Below are positions 1 to 11,266 of a stretch of 64,000 bases of DNA, piece after piece; positions within the stretch are counted from its first letter, which is position 1; each line of letters opens with the position of its first letter. The notes beneath the pieces are model-generated. The model was not told the origin of the DNA. It did no database searches and was given only the letters and a program-made list of their open reading frames with translations. The stretch covers positions 372,001-436,000 of the forward strand of contig NIVC01000127.1 in assembly GCA_002269645.1 (NCBI GenBank), written 5' to 3'. Both the position numbers and the translations under genes were made by a program. Source of the DNA: Macrostomum lignano. Taxonomy: Eukaryota.

Positions 1-55
1 ATAATAATAATAATAATAATAAGAAAAGAAGAAGAAGAAGAAGAAGAATACTAAT
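1..55. repeat. (AAT)n(AAG)n microsatellite
   Basis: Directly visible. Confidence 0.85.
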
Positions 56-3000
56 AAGAAAAACAAAATTATAATAAAAAACAATTGATTATACCTGCCT
101 TAATGGACAGATGTGCAACCGACAGCTCGCTCGATCAGCCACCGCTATTTGCGTGGCGCATCTGAAGGCTTTCAGATGCTAATTCGGTACTCGATCGTAG
201 ATGCTGGGTACTGTACTCGCGGACACCCCCGGGTTAGACTGCTCGGTGCTCGATGCTCGGAATGAAATGACTGAACCAATTACGATCGCCCAACCCGGGC
301 TGTACCTCAACAGTTTATTTTCTGCGTAATACTGCAGGCCTGCTGGAGACCCCACCAATTGATTTAGCCTTTCCCCGGATTGCGACATCTGCCTGTCGAG
401 TGACATCAAGTTATTAGAAGACAATATCTTCGCCGTCAACAGTTATTTAGAACTCATAGATCATATATATATTCCTGATAGGCCACTCCCAATGCATTCA
501 ATTCAGTAGCAGCTGCAGTTCTTCACACTATAGCTTCATTATTGCTGAAACTTTCTGATTTTTATCGTTTCTTGTATATTTCGTTTACATTTTAACTGTT
601 TTGTTTGAATAACGATTTTTCATTCGCTCATCCTCATGGTTCAAGTGAAAATACACATCATTTGCAAGAATTATACTAAAAAATGAAAATAGCTATAAAT
701 ATGCCTTGATACGCGCATAAGCTACTGACCTGATACGTGGTCGCTAAATTTTCCAAGAAATACAAAGGCTCTATGGGCGCGCCATAGGCGTAAGAACGGG
801 GGGGACAGTAGGGCCATGCCCCCCCCACTTTTTAAAGTTGTAGGGCCAGTATGGTATCTGCATGTGGCCCCTCCACATTTTAAATGCAAAATGTAGACTT
901 TTTGCTTATTTTTTACTCTTCTTTCTGGTTTTGCTGCTTCGCATGAATGCATTTTGCTGCAGGACGACAAAACATGCGCCAAAATGAGTACCTGCGGCGC
1001 CAAAATGAGTGCCTGCGGCGCCAAAATGAGTGCTGACAACACCGATTCTGAAAGTAATCGGTACATGATAATGTGCATTTCCCATGTAAAAAATAAAAAA
1101 TCTTACTCGACGGGGGGGGGGGGGGCGGGGGGCGTGCGCCTGTGGAAAGCCGATTTTGAGAGAGCTGGTTTGGTGAGCCAGGTAGCGGATTAGCTTAATC
1201 TCCGGATTAGCTGATGTCTGCTTTTGAAATTCTCGCCGTCTTTTCTTAGCTACCGCGAGACCTTCGGCTGCTCGCCATATCTATGCTACCTTGAGGATCA
1301 CCATCTGACGGAACTGGGAGGCCAGAGCATTAGGTGATCGATTTCTATGCTCTCAGGCCCGACAAGCTTCCATTCAAGAGCTTAAGAAGGCCGAACCCAT
1401 CAATTTATTGGTGATGCTGAGGCTGGAGGTTGAAGAATTAAGCAGAAGAATGGGATGGAGAGTGGCATTATTATGCTGATGCTGAAGGTTGACTAAAATT
1501 ACCAGTATTTATGCTATTTATTCTGCTAAAAAATTTGCTGACCCAGTCTGGGAAAAGTTTACAAATTGCAATAATAATAATTAATAATGGCCTGGGCTTT
1601 TGATTATGCCGATGCCTAGGCGTGCAGATATCTAATTATTGATAAAATAGTGAGCATACCCCATGCAGATTGCAGACGCCTCGTGGGACATAGCTGGATT
1701 TAAAATTAAATGGAAGTGGCGCTCTTCAAATTCAGCAGCGCATAATAAACCGTTTTAGACCAATGACTAATACTGCCTGGCTGAAAGTGTAATTACCGTA
1801 TAATTGGCCTGCCTATTTTATTGCAGGCTATACATTTTTTATGTCCGATAATAACACGCATACGTAATTGATTTTTCAGTCTAAGAGCAAGTCCCGTTAA
1901 ATAGCTTATCTAATTGGCTAGCCTGCGGCATGCCCTTATGACTTTTATCTTGAAGATAAGATTGCGCTAGACTATACGCAATCGATGAACACTTATATTT
2001 TGTCGGCTTCTTCTCGTGAAATCCTGATTTTGTCGAAAGCTGCTACTGCAGTCTGCAAATTCACTACTAATAGTAAGTAGGACGTCTCTCCTTTTTATTC
2101 TTAATTGAGAAGTCTTGACATTCGACATTACATTTGAGATCACTGCTTGAGAGCTATCTATCCGAGCTGCCTCTTAGCGACTGAAAATAGGGGCCCCACT
2201 GACAAATTTTTCGAGGAAGCGGGAAGCCATGCTAATTATGAGCAGGTGCGCCAATTGCGCGCGGTCAGTTGTCTCCTACGAGTATATTCGCAATCGAGTG
2301 GTTTCACTTGTGTATGTATCAACTAGATTTATTAATCATTAATCTACTAGATTGATTTATTAATCATAGCACTTCACAAAAATTATGAAAGAAAATTAAT
2401 TTAGTTCAATATAAGTTGCAAAACTGCAAACCTTCAATCAACCCTTTGAAACAATAATATTATTTATGATTATATTTAAAAAATTCATTCGAATAAATAT
2501 AAATTAATAAATAGGTACAAGCAACAATTGAAACTAATTGATATTAATTCATAACGAGGCTACTTAATTAATCGAAGAATCATCAGTGGCGGCGCAGGCG
2601 GGGGGCAGTGGGGGCTGCGCCCCGGGTGACCACCCTCCCAATCCCAACCCCTGGGGGAACATTTAAAGATTTAGCAACACTAAAAAACAATGTTAAACAT
2701 GCTGCATCGCGTCAAATAATGCATGCCAAACAAAAAATAAGCCGCCAGGTGCGATAGAAATTTAATTTAAATATTTTAGTTGAGATGTACATTCGAATTC
2801 GAACTGTACTGACTTCAGGTTTATAAAAGTACTTTCACTTCTGTATGAAATATTCAAATTTAAATGTTGAAACTTAAGTTAAGAGGATAGTAACGTAGTA
2901 CGATCTTAACGAGAATTTTCTGGATAGCCTCAGGGAAAAATTCAGCTATGAAGTAATGTCGGATACATCAAAGGGTTGGAATATTGTCACGCCTACAAAT

Positions 3001-3144
3001 AAAAAAATAAAGCTGAGGACTAACCGAAAAGGACAAAAACAGTCATGACTCATAAAGTATATGCTTACTTCGCCGGTACAGTTTAAATTCTTGATTCATT
3101 GTCTGTGAAATATTTTCAGGAATTCTTGTTCTTCAATGCTTCAA

Positions 3145-4323
3145 TTAATGTTGGCGAAAGGCCACCAACGGAGGTGGCGGCAAGACTTCAAAGTAGCCCA
3201 CTTGGCGAACGGAGCCAAGCCGACGCGTGAGGAAGCGACGCCGTTTTGCGGCGGGACTCGTGCTGCTTCTGCTGCTGTTGCTTCTGCTGCAGTCGCGCTG
3301 GCGCTGCTGAGCAATCACAGGCGCGCGCCGAGAAGCAGTAGAGCGAGTAGGCGTAGGGCAGGTCGTTGCGTTGAATAGTACCGGTGGCGGCGACCTTCTA
3401 CTAGCGTGCTGCTGACTCTGCTGAAGGCGTGGACTGCGGCTGCGCGATCGGCTGGCGATGCGGCTGACCGCCCGGCCGACCAGACGCAAGGCCCGCTGAC
3501 CAAACGAGGCGCTGCGACTTCGGTTACTGCAGGCTTCCTGTTGTTGCTGTTGTTGGATCGGCTCAGTCCACGGCTCAACCCACGGCTCCAGTCGCTCGAT
3601 CCAATTAGTAGGATAAGAGCCGATTTCGTGAGCGAAATCTATTAGCAGGGTCGATATGCCATTGATGCGACCCAACAGCTCCATCGTAGCGTCCATAGGC
3701 TGAATGAGGCTGGGGCCGAGACAGGCACCCAGATTCGGCGCTGGCATACGATTGATTTGGCTGTGCGAAGAAACACGCTTCAGAAACAGGCAGAGATAGC
3801 GCATGGCTGTAAGTTGGCTACTCGGCAATAGCAGACAGCCGAGGCGAAGAATCTTGACTTGCTTCTCCAGGGTTCGCCTGTTTGTTGCCTGTAGCAAAAT
3901 CTTGGACAATTCACGAGGTACAAGGGGCTCTGGAAGCTCTCTCAGCCAGGCTTTTAGCACCGAACAGACATCGTGAACTGGAGTAGCATCTAGTATAGGC
4001 AGTCCCTTGTCCAGCCGCAGTCTTAAATCTCTCTGACGCACCTTCGAGCCTTCAATTCGAAACAATCCTTCGACTTGTAGATGATCGCTGATAAAGGAAC
4101 AGCAGGCAACGAGGACAGTCGGGACTTTACCTATTCCCTCAATCTCGGTGGATGCCTGCTGCAGCAGAGGTCGTCCAAAGCATTGTGTACTTCGTTCTGT
4201 GTAAGCTGGTAGTCTGGCCTTGGGTAGCTGGATGCCTAGCTGAAGCAATTCTTTAACGGCAAGAGCGCAGACCTGCCGCTGCTTTGCTTCGCTGAGTTTT
4301 TCGCAGTAAGTTGTGCCAGACAT
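3145..4323 (-). CDS. ARHGAP11: Intronless RhoGAP-domain protein, ARHGAP11-like
   Basis: 392-aa ORF with RhoGAP motifs FGRPL, VPTVLVACC..HLQVEGLFRIEGS (arginine finger), VCSVLKAWLRELPEPL, NRMPAPNLGACLGPSL. The N-terminal segment resembles ARHGAP11A; basic low-complexity tail. Confidence 0.8.
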   Translation of the reverse strand: MSGTTYCEKLSEAKQRQVCALAVKELLQLGIQLPKARLPAYTERSTQCFGRPLLQQASTEIEGIGKVPTVLVACCSFISDHLQVEGLFRIEGSKVRQRDLRLRLDKGLPILDATPVHDVCSVLKAWLRELPEPLVPRELSKILLQATNRRTLEKQVKILRLGCLLLPSSQLTAMRYLCLFLKRVSSHSQINRMPAPNLGACLGPSLIQPMDATMELLGRINGISTLLIDFAHEIGSYPTNWIERLEPWVEPWTEPIQQQQQQEACSNRSRSASFGQRALRLVGRAVSRIASRSRSRSPRLQQSQQHASRRSPPPVLFNATTCPTPTRSTASRRAPVIAQQRQRDCSRSNSSRSSTSPAAKRRRFLTRRLGSVRQVGYFEVLPPPPLVAFRQH

Positions 4324-4394
4324 TTCTCATGCTTTGTCTAAACTAGGATTGAGAGATTTTTTAATCCTTCGGGTGACTTTAAGAAGGGGGTGAC

Positions 4395-4440
4395 TTTGAG
4401 CCAATCCAAAGAGGCGAAACCGGCTCCACCAATCCGGGCC
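4395..4440. promoter_or_regulatory. Candidate promoter of the RhoGAP gene with two CCAAT boxes
   Basis: agccaatc (~4399) and accaatc (~4428) in a GC-rich patch 75-110 bp upstream of the ATG at 4323. Confidence 0.3.
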
Positions 4441-5191
4441 GGGCTCGATTGTCAGACACCCCTTCCCTCCAGCCAGCCCTAGGGATGGGTTTTTATTCAA
4501 TCGTAAACAAGGCCTGGCCCACCCAGCAAACAGCAGCTCTCCCCGCCGCCAGACAGCCGCCTAAACTTATATTGGTCTTCACACGGGTTTTAATGCGAGA
4601 TTAAGTAGGCCAGGACCCGGCTTTAAGTTCAGACTATTGTTGCGGCTGGACTGAAGAGTACTGTATTTTGTAAACAGCTTTATAGACAGCCAGATAGCAA
4701 CGGCTGGCAATGTAATCTGGGTCTTATGCCAACTATCTTCGCTTTAATTAAATCAAAGCTTGAATTTAAACTGAAATTCCAGTCCAGCCCCTGTCTGTGA
4801 GTCTATAGTAGGGAATAAAAATACCGGGCTTTGCTGAAACCCGGAATTTTGCCAATACCAGTATTAAATACCGGTTGGGAAGGCAAAGTTCTTGTAAGGA
4901 TTAGCCTTTAGTTTTTTCTAAAAAAATAAAAAAATAAAAACCTGTAACGGGACTTTTTCCTTTTGTCAAATTTGTTCAAAATTTATTCATTAGGTTTAAA
5001 CTTTAAATTACAATTTTTACTTTTATTGTTTTCTTGCTTGCTTTGTTTAACTTGTGCTGTACAGAGTTTTACGTTTTACATAAGACAAATGGGCAGCGGT
5101 GGTAAACACTAATTTGGGGGATTTTTGTAAAAAAACGATACCCCACTTTGCGAGACCGAGAGACCGATCCCGCCCAGCGCTATTAACAGTA

Positions 5192-6889
5192 GAACTACCA
5201 AGAGGGGGGGAAATTCCCCCCCCCCTGACAATTTTTTTCGCTGCGCCAGAACGGAGCAACGCAAGCACACGAAATTTAAGAAAACGGGCTAACTTTTTGT
5301 AGCGCACCTTCTCAAACAAGAATCAAGTCGCCAGCCCTTCGGACCGTCGAGATATTCGACGATTCTGCCAGAAGGTCGGATTTTTCCCATATGTGCTTTG
5401 TATTCAGTACATCCCTGTGCGCCAATCAGCACTGCGCCTCAGTGCAGCCTTGCCAAGTCTCCAAATTTCATCAGCACGTCGAACACATGTGTCTGCATCA
5501 GTTCTGACTTCGTTGGTCACTAGCCTTCACCCAAGTGGAGCTTCTGGACCCTCAACAGCTGTGGCACCAGGTGACTATAGACACCCTGATGCGGATTTCT
5601 CTAGTTTCGCCGATCAAGCCTCGAAAGTGGGCAAGAATCAACCGCCAGAAATTCTCAGCTAGTCTCTCAAGCATTCCGTCATCATCCCGACGCCGTCGGC
5701 TCCTTCAACAGATTACACCAGGTGACTATGGACAGCCTGTTGCAAATATGTCAGGTTTTTCTTATCAAGCTTCAATAATGAGCAAACCTAAACTGCTGGA
5801 CATCCTCAGCTAGTCAGTCAAGCATTCAGCCATCACCCGGACGCCGTCGGCACCTTCAACAGGTGGCACCAGGCGAGTAAGGACACCTGAGCGTGATTTT
5901 TCATCATGCTCTTAACATTTCTGAATCATTAAAAAATGAAAAAACCGATTGAATTTACTGGATTCTTAAAAGCATAACCCTTTCTGGATAAGAATTCGGT
6001 TCAATTATTATAGTTGAATAAACTAAACAGCTTTTCGAATAAAATTTGTATGTAGCTCGTATGCATAAAAGTATGTGTAATAATAATATAAATGTACAGC
6101 AACATAAGTTCAAGCTTAACTATAGCAATGTCCGTGCTTTAAAAATTTTGAGAGCTTCAGAAATGTTAAGAGCATGATGAAAAATCACGCTCAGGTGTCC
6201 TTACTCCCCTAGTGCCACCTGTTGAAGGTGCCGACGGCATCGGGGTGATGGCTGAATGCTTGACTGACTAGCTGAGGATGTCTGGCAGTTGATTTTTGCC
6301 CACTGTCGAGGCTTGATCGGCGAAACTAGAGAAATTCTTATCAGGCTGTCCATAGTCACCTGGTGTAATCTGTTGAAGGAGCCGACGGCGTCGGGATGAT
6401 GACGGAATGCTTGAGAGACTAGCTGAGAATTTCTGGCGGTTGATTCTTGCCCACTTTCGAGGCTTGATCGGCGAAACTAGAGAAATCCGCATCAGGGTGT
6501 CTATAGTCACCTGGTGCCACAGCTGTTGAGGGTCCAGAAGCTCCACTTGGGTGAAGGCTAGTGACCAACGAAGTCAGAACTGATGCAGACACATGTGTTC
6601 GACGTGCTGATGAAATTTGGAGACTTGGCAAGGCTGCACTGAGGCGCAGTGCTGATTGGCGCACAGGGATGTACTGAATACACTAGCACTTATGGAAAAA
6701 TCCGACCTTCTGGCAGAATTGTCGAATATCTCGACGGTCCGAAGGGCTGGCGACTTGATTCTTGTTTGAGAAGGTGCGCAACAAAAAGTTAGCCCGTGTT
6801 CTTAAATTTCGTGTGCTTGCGTTGCTCCGTTCTGGCGCAGCGAAAAAAATTGTCAGGGGGGGGGGAATTTCCCCCCCTCTTGGTAGTTC
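5192..6889. mobile_element. Foldback-type non-autonomous DNA element with ~734-bp terminal inverted repeats
   Basis: 5192-5925 is the reverse complement of 6156-6889 (GAACTACCAAGAGGGGGGG...CATTTCTGAA), with a 230-bp AT-rich spacer. The arms contain a 151-bp subrepeat (caccagg at 5565, 5716, 5867). The mirror ORFs in the track reflect this symmetry. Confidence 0.8.
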
Positions 6890-8399
6890 GACGGGCGGAA
6901 AAATGGCTTGGTATTCCTACTGTTAAGCCAATCAAACCGGGGGGGGGGGGGCGGCATGTCACCCGCACGTGACCTAGGCAGGCCGGCCACCTCCCCCCCG
7001 CAAGCACCACGCCTCACCGGTTTAACACCCAACCAAAGCTACGCATGGTCGGAGCGAAGTACATGCATATAAAAATGACCGAAAGGATCGAATAAAAAAA
7101 TCAAAACTCAATTTTTGAGATTAAAAACTAAAAAATCATTCAGAGGAAATCTAAACTCAATCGCCTTATCAGTTTACCATAAGTATTGCGACAGCTGCTT
7201 ATGTGCATCTCAATCATCTAAAGTATGATCGATCCGTGAATCTTACTCTAAGAAACAGGTAGCTGTTTCGCCTTCCACACTAAAAAGTCGTGGCTTTTTA
7301 AGCTCTAAGCCAGTGGCGTAGCCAGCATTTTCATCTGAGTGCGAGGGGTCACAACAAATTACACTTGTATTTGTCGTATTACTAGTGCGTTTAGTATGAG
7401 CAACTTAGTAGAGAACGCATATCGCTGAATGGGGTTTCGCCACTAGTAGACGCAAATTCGGTCGAGGAAAATCCGCGCTGGAAAAATCTTATTTACCGCG
7501 AGGGGCGAGACCGCGGTTTTTTTTAATTTTTTAATTACATGCATATAGTTTGTGAAAACCTGATACGCGTAAGAGTACCTTCGTACCTACTTATAGTAGA
7601 AAAAAAGTAAATAACTTACATAAACTATGCTTTGTCTTGTACGAGTTAATGTATCTTTGATTTGTACGAGTTAAAAATGGAATCACGGTCAGATTTTACT
7701 TGTAGTTATTACATGTACAGTTTTAACTTTTCATCTTCAGCAAACAGCAAGGTACATCAAACAGATTTTGGCAGGAATAACAGCTAACTTAATATTCCTG
7801 CATGACAGAATGTGTAGTGCTTTCACGCGTAGAATGACGCATATAGCACCTGAGAGTGCTGCTTCCGTTGCAATTGCAACAAGCCTGATGCAATGCAGTG
7901 GTGCATTTTGCCGGGAAATAAATGCTTGCATGTATATAGTAAACAAACCTGCCTTGGTGAATGCGCGTATTAAGCGTTGCGAGAGGAGAAGCAACCAAGA
8001 AGCCATATAATAGGTCGGACTGATGCGAACAACAGGATACTGCAGTAGCACACCATTGCTACATAAATCTTCGCTGATTACGTATACACATACCGTTGCT
8101 GCAGTAACTGGTATGCATATGCTATCTTTCATCTTGATCTGTATACTACTATATAAACATATATTCACTTCGGTGTCGTGTGGCTTGGTTTTCAATTGAA
8201 GCAGTTTGTTTGACTGTAAACTTCGGTAATTGTGCAATTATAACGAGCGCAGCAGGGCACAATTGCCTTTGTAGTAACAGTGGCAAATTTCTGGCATTTT
8301 TAAAAAAATGCAGAAAGCACCCAAAGATCGCTTTAGGGACCTCTCAGACCAGTCAACATGGCCCTTAACTAGGCATCGATGCTTCACTCGACACGTTTC

Positions 8400-8775
8400 C
8401 TCCAGGACCAGACCTCAGAGGAGCGATGCCCTTTTTGCCGCTCAGACAGTGAGACAGCACTGAGCACTTTGTACCTGCCACTATCGAGTTTTCACTCATC
8501 TCAGAGCCAAACTCGGTTTTCTCTCACGTTTGCAGGCCTGAGAACATACCGCTGCTCGCCCGGTACCCCAAGGACAACGGGATGAGCTGAGTCTTCCCCA
8601 ACGCTGGTAAAGGAGGACCGCGCTGCAGGCGGGACAGCGGGCCCCCGAGCGACATACTTCGCTGAAAGTTATTGGTCGCCAGGGGCTAGCGGAATGAGAG
8701 ACTCTCTCCTCCGCCTCCCCGCTGCATCACCCGGTCGATGCCCCCCCCCCACCTGCAGCCAACTCAACTCAAGAA
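8400..8775 (+). mobile_element. Decayed 3' fragment of a non-LTR retrotransposon
   Basis: Frameshifted CPFC..ET.EHF zinc-knuckle-like peptide resembling the LINE C-terminus at 31440-31500, followed by a GC-rich tract and a short (AACTC)n tail. Confidence 0.35.
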
Positions 8776-10970
8776 TCGCTTGCTCCCAATTCCTAATAAA
8801 ACTTCATCGCCGTTGTACATGAACCACTAGAAAAACCGGATGGCATCATTGAATACAATAATTGCGTTAACTAAAGAAATGTTCTATTTCGGTGATTTGC
8901 AAAAGGCCTTCAAAACTAGTTTCCAAGAAAAGATTGGTATCGATCCTTCTATTTATACTGGCGCTTGCCTTTTAATTTACTTTAAAAAGATGAACTCGTA
9001 TAAGACTGCATGAGGGTCAGTTAGTCGCAATTATAAGCATTAAGCTAGAATTCTAATCTTAATTTTGAGCCCAGCAAACTGCAGCTCAAAATAATTGCCC
9101 ACTGTCACTGATAAGGCCGAGCTTGCCACTTTGCCCTGTGTTAAACTAATCGAACTTTACACAAAAGAGCACAATATAATGATTAGCAATTTAGAGCCCC
9201 GCAGTGCCAGTCAGCACCAGTCGAATCTTTGAACTGCGATACCAGCTACACTGCATGGGTCAAAGTTATGCAGCTAAGATTACCTCAAGCGACCTTCTTT
9301 ACCGCTATCTCTAATCACTTTAATATTATAATAACTATAGCTTATTTATTTGAGTTACTTTCGAGTGCCCGGGTCTATCTGACGGTACTATTACTGCAGA
9401 AGACACTATAGAAGAATTAGATAGACCCTCAACAATTTTCTGCGCACATTCTATATAGACATGAGGCGTCGCGTGCTCAGCACTGACCCTGCGACCTGGT
9501 GCGGCCAGCGCGCCCCTAGCGGTGCGGTTAGTCAGACAGACCGATATGGACGCATTATCGGGGCCAATGCGGGCCTCAAGTCTCGATAAGGCCGGGGCAC
9601 ATGGGCAGCATCATGGCACAAGTCAATGCTAGAAATGCAAAAGTCTGGCCCCAAAAGCCAATAGCAGTGATGCCATGCCAGCCCTGTTGAAGCAGCAATC
9701 TGACAAACGGACAAGCAGCCACCCCAAGGGAGGGGGGTGGTCGGCGCTTCATATCGCCACTCCTACGGGGCGGCGGCTTATTTATGCCAGCGCCTGCGGC
9801 GGACGCCAACAGCACAGACTGGTCTGCCTGAAAGAAGACTAGTTGCAGACAATTATAGTCGCGCATTTTACACGGAGCCGAATGAACAATAAGCCAGGAT
9901 TATTAGGTGAGTTTGCCCGATTATAACAAGCAGCTCGGCAGTGGTCAGCTGTGTACATTTCCTCCCGAGACTGGCAATAATTTAGCCTCAGCCTCCGCAC
10001 CTGCGCCTATACTATACTCAGGAGGATGTGTGCACAGTCTGTCAGACTCTGAGCAATAATCAACTACTGCTAGTAATTAATAAGACTTTTGTTCTTCTTT
10101 CGGCGAAAATAAACGCAACCAAACGTATCTGACCTACTGACCTACGCTATAAAACTATCGCCGCTTGCCTTATTTTAATTTTTAATAAAGGAGCAACAAC
10201 CAGAGACCCAAACAGGGTAATTATAATTTATGGCAGAGCTGTGAGACACGAAGAGGCCAAAATAAAACAGTGGGCTGCTTTTAATTTTTATTAAACAGCA
10301 GAGCTGAAGGGGTAAGCTGCAGCAATACAATGGGCGGCGAATTCAACAGCAATTATGCAGAATAGATCGAATTAAAAGATCAAGCTTGCACAGAGACTTT
10401 TTGAACATGCTTGATATTGCACAATGAACATGTAGTCAGATACAAGAGATTAATCAGTAAAAGCAATGCATACAACACAGAGGCTACACGTAATCATAGC
10501 AGAAAAAGCAAAATTAAAAAGAATAAGATACAAGCAATATTCTAGCGGTTGTCAGCCATGCACTTTAATACATGGCTTTATTTGCAGTTAACCCCAATAT
10601 ATGATGCAATTACACCATGGATTGAATAATAAAAAATGCGACGCGCCACAATGCATATTGCAACAGTATGAATCGGAGAATTAATTAGGCGAGCGAAACT
10701 ATTTAATCGTTAATAAATAAATAAATTATCGACTCCGATTTAATGAGTGCTGCAGTTACAAATTATTATTTATAATATTAATAGAATTAAAGAACTGATA
10801 GTGTTATAAAAATACGACAGAATTCAGAAAACAGCCTGGCGAGTGGCGTTATAAACATTTGACAAAGGTGACAAACGACTGAGAATTTGTGAGTAGCGCA
10901 TGCACTGAGCACGACTGTCTAAGAACTGCTGCGATACTGTGAAATTTGGGGCGATTTTCTAGGGGGGGGG

Positions 10971-11181
10971 GGTTAGGGGCGATTCTCTATGAGGTTAGGG
11001 ATGATTCTCTATGAGGTTAGGGGCGATTCTCTATGAGGTTAGGGGCGATTCTCTATGGGGTTAGGGACGATTCTCTATGGGGTTAGGGGCGATTCTCTAT
11101 GGGGTTAGGGGCGATTCTCTATGGGGTTAGTGGCGATTTTCTATGGGGTTAGTGGCGATTTTCTATGGGGTTAGGGGCGAT
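10971..11181. repeat. Minisatellite, 21-bp unit ggggttaggggcgattctctat-like, ~10 copies
   Basis: Tandem units visible; each contains TTAGGG or a variant. Confidence 0.9.
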
Positions 11182-11266
11182 TATCAAGCAGAAAAGCGGT
11201 CAAAAAAAGAAAACGCCAACGGACTGCGAAATGCTATAGGCTGTTTTGTTCATAAAAGTACATCAA

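Noticed and set aside
5393-6664. Paired 81-92-aa ORFs on both strands as genes
   Set aside because: Mirror products of the foldback inverted repeats; no recognisable domain.
7737-8237. 166-aa minus-strand ORF and overlapping ORFs
   Set aside because: Non-ATG start, no recognisable motif or splice context; cannot be supported without a search.
9860-10320. Possible plus-strand microexons (e.g. ~10190-10218, ~10299-10311)
   Set aside because: Splice-like sites are present, but no consistent frame or homology links them.
10971-11181. Interstitial telomere
   Set aside because: TTAGGG occurs only once per 21-bp unit; this is not a (TTAGGG)n tract.
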